The notes under the pieces were generated by a model. That model had not been told where the DNA came from and made no database searches. It saw only the letters and a list, made by a program, of their open reading frames with translations. Below, in pieces: positions 62,001-64,000 of a DNA stretch of 64,000 nt. Source of the stretch: Gemmatimonadota bacterium (GTDB taxonomy: Bacteria > JBHIER01 > G020348925); assembly GCA_020348925.1 (NCBI GenBank), contig CP070758.1, positions 1,320,469-1,384,468 on the forward strand, read 5' to 3'. Positions within the stretch are counted from its first letter, which is position 1. Every line of letters begins with the position of its first letter. The position numbers and the translations under genes were made by a program.

Positions 62001-63852
62001 CGCTCCGGGTGCAGTCGGTGTTGATTGGTTCGGGCTCGGTCTCATCGTAAGGATCTATGACAATCCCGCCCTCATCTTACCCCTGGCCAGCTTCGAAGCG
62101 AAGAGCGATGGAAGTTTTGGCTTTACTTTACCCTTTTCCCCAAGTGCCGGGAGTCTCCTCTTCCTTACGGCCAGTGATAGGGCGGGTCACGAAAGCGAGG
62201 CAACACCGGTTGTTGTTCATTATGGCGTTGCCGCCCTGGAAGCTCAAAAAACTGTGACAGTCGTCGGGGATTTTGAGGCCAATCCTGGGGATACGCTGCT
62301 GTACGAGGTGACCCTCTTCAACTGCGATGATATCATGCTGACAGGTGTGACGTTCACCGATGTGCCTGATGTTTACACGTCCTTAGAAGTTGGCAGCGTT
62401 ACCACTACCAAGGGGACCATAACCTCAGGCAACACAATAGGTGATACATTTGTCGGGGTGACCATTGGCACGTTAACAAGCGGAGAGACTGTTCATATTT
62501 CCTTTCCGGTGCGCATCGATCCCGCTTTGCCTGAGGAGGTTCAGCACGTTTCAAATCAGGGTATTGTGCTGTGCGCCGAACTGCCTCTGACGCCAACGGA
62601 TGATCCGACGACTCCAAATCCTGCCGATGCAACGGTTGTCGAAGTGGTTCCCACAGTCGTGACAGTGACGTATCACCTCTATCCGGGATGGAATACCCTT
62701 TCCGTTCCCGTCATCCCCCTCAATCCCAACATATGGGATCTCTTCCCCGACGCTGAGGACATCTGGGGCTACAACGGCGGGTATATCCCTGTGGGCGCGG
62801 TAACACCTGGGCAGGGTTATTTCATACTCTACAACAGTGAAACCTTTATCAATATAACTGGAAGTGCTGTAGATAATTACGAAAAAAACCTCCAGTACGG
62901 CTGGAACTTCCTTGGCTCTATCATCGAAGAAGTCCCGGTATCCACTATCCTCAACACCGATACTGGTCAACCGGCCACGGAATCGTGTCTGGATCCCACG
63001 GCCGTCTATGAGTACACGAACGAACGGTACTTCTTCTCCACGCGGATAAAACCCACAAAGGCATACTGGGTCTTTGGTTTCGCTGACTGTCCCATCTTGG
63101 TCCGTTCCCAATTCGCAAAACTGACGCATCTTGCTCTGAAATTCGGGAGGGAAACGCTCTGGACGGCCAAGCTCTTTTTGGAGAATGAACATGGGACCCG
63201 AGTGCTGGAGTTTGGTGTGGCGGAGGGTGCAGGGCCTGGGTACGATCCTGGGCTCGATCTTCCAAGGCCACCCGCAATCCCGGGCAAAGATCTTTTAAGC
63301 GCTTCTTTCATAAACCCTTACCGCATAGATCTACAAAAAGATATCAGAAACACATCCAATCTCAAATGGATACTTGATGTTATCTCAGAAAAACAATTGA
63401 CTCTCGAATGGGACATGTCGCAGCTTCCTCCGGATCTGACTGTCGTTCTGTTGAAAGAACATGAAGAATCCATAGATATGAGAACTTCGACACATCTCAC
63501 TATAGGGGAAGGACACCATCAACTCCGCATACAGGTCCATTCTCTCCCTGAAACCTTTCAGCTGCTTCAAAACTGTCCCAATCCGTTCAATCCCACGACC
63601 ACTATCTCCTACACCGTTCCAACCGGATCGGCCCCGAACACGGACCGTTCTCCATTCATCAGTCTTAGAATATACAACCTTCTGGGCCAGGAAGTACGGA
63701 CATTGGTGGACGGCGAAATGAAACCGGGGCGTTACACCGTGACGTGGGACGGGCGGGATGATTTCGGCCGCGAAGTTTCGGGCGGGGTCTATTTTTACCG
63801 CCTCCATACGAGTCGTTTCAGCCAGACAAGACGGATGGTGTTACTTAAATAG
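59038..63852 (+). CDS. Large secreted VWA plus 3x DUF11 surface protein with FlgD-Ig/T9SS-like C-terminus
   Basis: Signal peptide; DRSST..GWTNIGDA..LSDG MIDAS-like motifs; three [P/A]GDTL.Y..SNQG..DDP.TP repeats; QNCPNPFNP..WDGRDD..GVYFY tail. Confidence 0.88.
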   Translation: MVERFFFSIFNKYSFLFFIVGLSILLLVSDPLMGEEYYLETDKSVSPNTIYEDGCGVSPDKTTVTLTVTGAGDCPTGGLLDIMLIIDRSSTMLTNARIDSAKAAAKAFVDLFRNQDRVGLISFATDVILDKGLTYMNTTGKAELKAAIDSIRAEGWTNIGDAVRMANHELQDHGRENRAWVEILLSDGLPNRPLGLPNPPGPVGYAIMAADSARLMDIPLYTIGLALTIQEGVILLQSMADTTGAIYYDSPTPDELRDIFQEIGGEVLCQAGTDITVTEILRNIFSVDGVFTVSPISIDVNPVIGTTLRWTVAEIYVGDVWTVSFDIRSAETGALLPVDVAGSSKVTYTRNGDQLETPFPQAYVTVNPCQVPLLNCLKTDIFSGIDIPHAGDTLLYRVDVFNQGILPVTNLFYDDTPDPYSTLLVGSVSTTLGTVILGNNPGDNSVSVSLGTLSPAQEATINFQVVIDDPLPPGITFLSNQGFLSGTELDPVPSDDPDTPQLDDPTITYLTVGPILEATKTDHLFGDKDGNGLPSPGDTLKYDVEIINMGGATAHGVTFTDTLDPEVLLVVGSVSSSQGSVVIGNNPLDTLVYVYLESLEVGHSVAIEFLVTIRDPLPFGITQVSNQGIVRSIDSDDEPTDDPDTPQDDDPTITRSFSVLFKRGKTFEAALNSSYCPYYRAVNGPPGSPDLIQITTYTYDPGHDLYWCYPIEGLLYPGSHLYITYTFGQGTHVDSIFIHIPAKGSKNEERHPQYRAVGPKVGHWETRTEGEYDFYGYDWTVYDEVQEDDGLWRIISEIYTTDGGETQFLPDTSFVILDTEDPIYHLTYRKQSDGAPLPTIPHPTLGDIPVTTDQMVMITTTVNQTAPLEGNGRLWSWMDIFIFAPGEKVDIDGVPSYADQLSGVSRWVNDPPFADTLDYNYVWNVMEADLTCEGVATVRIKGRDTASNLVDIEDGAPNTGLYILIDTTPPESPKAANIVITDRGAVIGAPGAVGVDWFGLGLIVRIYDNPALILPLASFEAKSDGSFGFTLPFSPSAGSLLFLTASDRAGHESEATPVVVHYGVAALEAQKTVTVVGDFEANPGDTLLYEVTLFNCDDIMLTGVTFTDVPDVYTSLEVGSVTTTKGTITSGNTIGDTFVGVTIGTLTSGETVHISFPVRIDPALPEEVQHVSNQGIVLCAELPLTPTDDPTTPNPADATVVEVVPTVVTVTYHLYPGWNTLSVPVIPLNPNIWDLFPDAEDIWGYNGGYIPVGAVTPGQGYFILYNSETFINITGSAVDNYEKNLQYGWNFLGSIIEEVPVSTILNTDTGQPATESCLDPTAVYEYTNERYFFSTRIKPTKAYWVFGFADCPILVRSQFAKLTHLALKFGRETLWTAKLFLENEHGTRVLEFGVAEGAGPGYDPGLDLPRPPAIPGKDLLSASFINPYRIDLQKDIRNTSNLKWILDVISEKQLTLEWDMSQLPPDLTVVLLKEHEESIDMRTSTHLTIGEGHHQLRIQVHSLPETFQLLQNCPNPFNPTTTISYTVPTGSAPNTDRSPFISLRIYNLLGQEVRTLVDGEMKPGRYTVTWDGRDDFGREVSGGVYFYRLHTSRFSQTRRMVLLK

Positions 63853-64000
63853 GATGAGAACTACTGATATGTAAAGGGAGGAATTGTGTGAGTATCAATT
63901 ACTCTGATTTTCTATAAGGCACTCGATATTTCTGGAGAAATACTTTATCCGTAAGTCATCCCAAAAATACTTGTCAGCTGCTGTATATATTCCGAATAAT

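Overview
Bacterial, probably metagenome-assembled, DNA from an anaerobic protein-degrading organism. FlgD-Ig/T9SS-like C-termini, dockerin/cohesin modules and D-(S/T)-hydrophobic sequons suggest an FCB-superphylum candidate lineage (inference). Three 100-N gaps (36403-36502, 53038-53137, 57623-57722) each cut a gene, so adjacency across them is unproven. Housekeeping blocks: glycosyltransferases, dapB, glnS-gltX, glnA, nth, pepT, mltD, hppA, rpsF-rpsR-rplI, trxA, ftsH-tilS, tRNA-Phe and two CAU tRNAs. The window is rich in peptidases (M64, dockerin-bearing M1, M14, M20, S9, C1A). It also holds two giant secreted DUF11 proteins, one with cohesin/dockerin modules and split by an in-frame TGA at a conserved Trp, and a NuoE/F/G-like plus HdrA cluster whose NuoE carries a fused response-regulator receiver domain. 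The best candidate for an undescribed system is the accessory co-oriented cluster at about 22.1-33.6 kb, between mltD and the 3' end of tRNA-Phe. It encodes an LpxH-like metallophosphoesterase, an unassigned eliminase-type glycyl radical enzyme, an SCP2 lipid-binding protein, a 4-gene endolysin/holin/spanin-like cassette with no other phage genes, the GRE activase, an internally duplicated 715-aa protein and a frameshifted membrane protein. All assignments come from motif reading only; no database searches were run.
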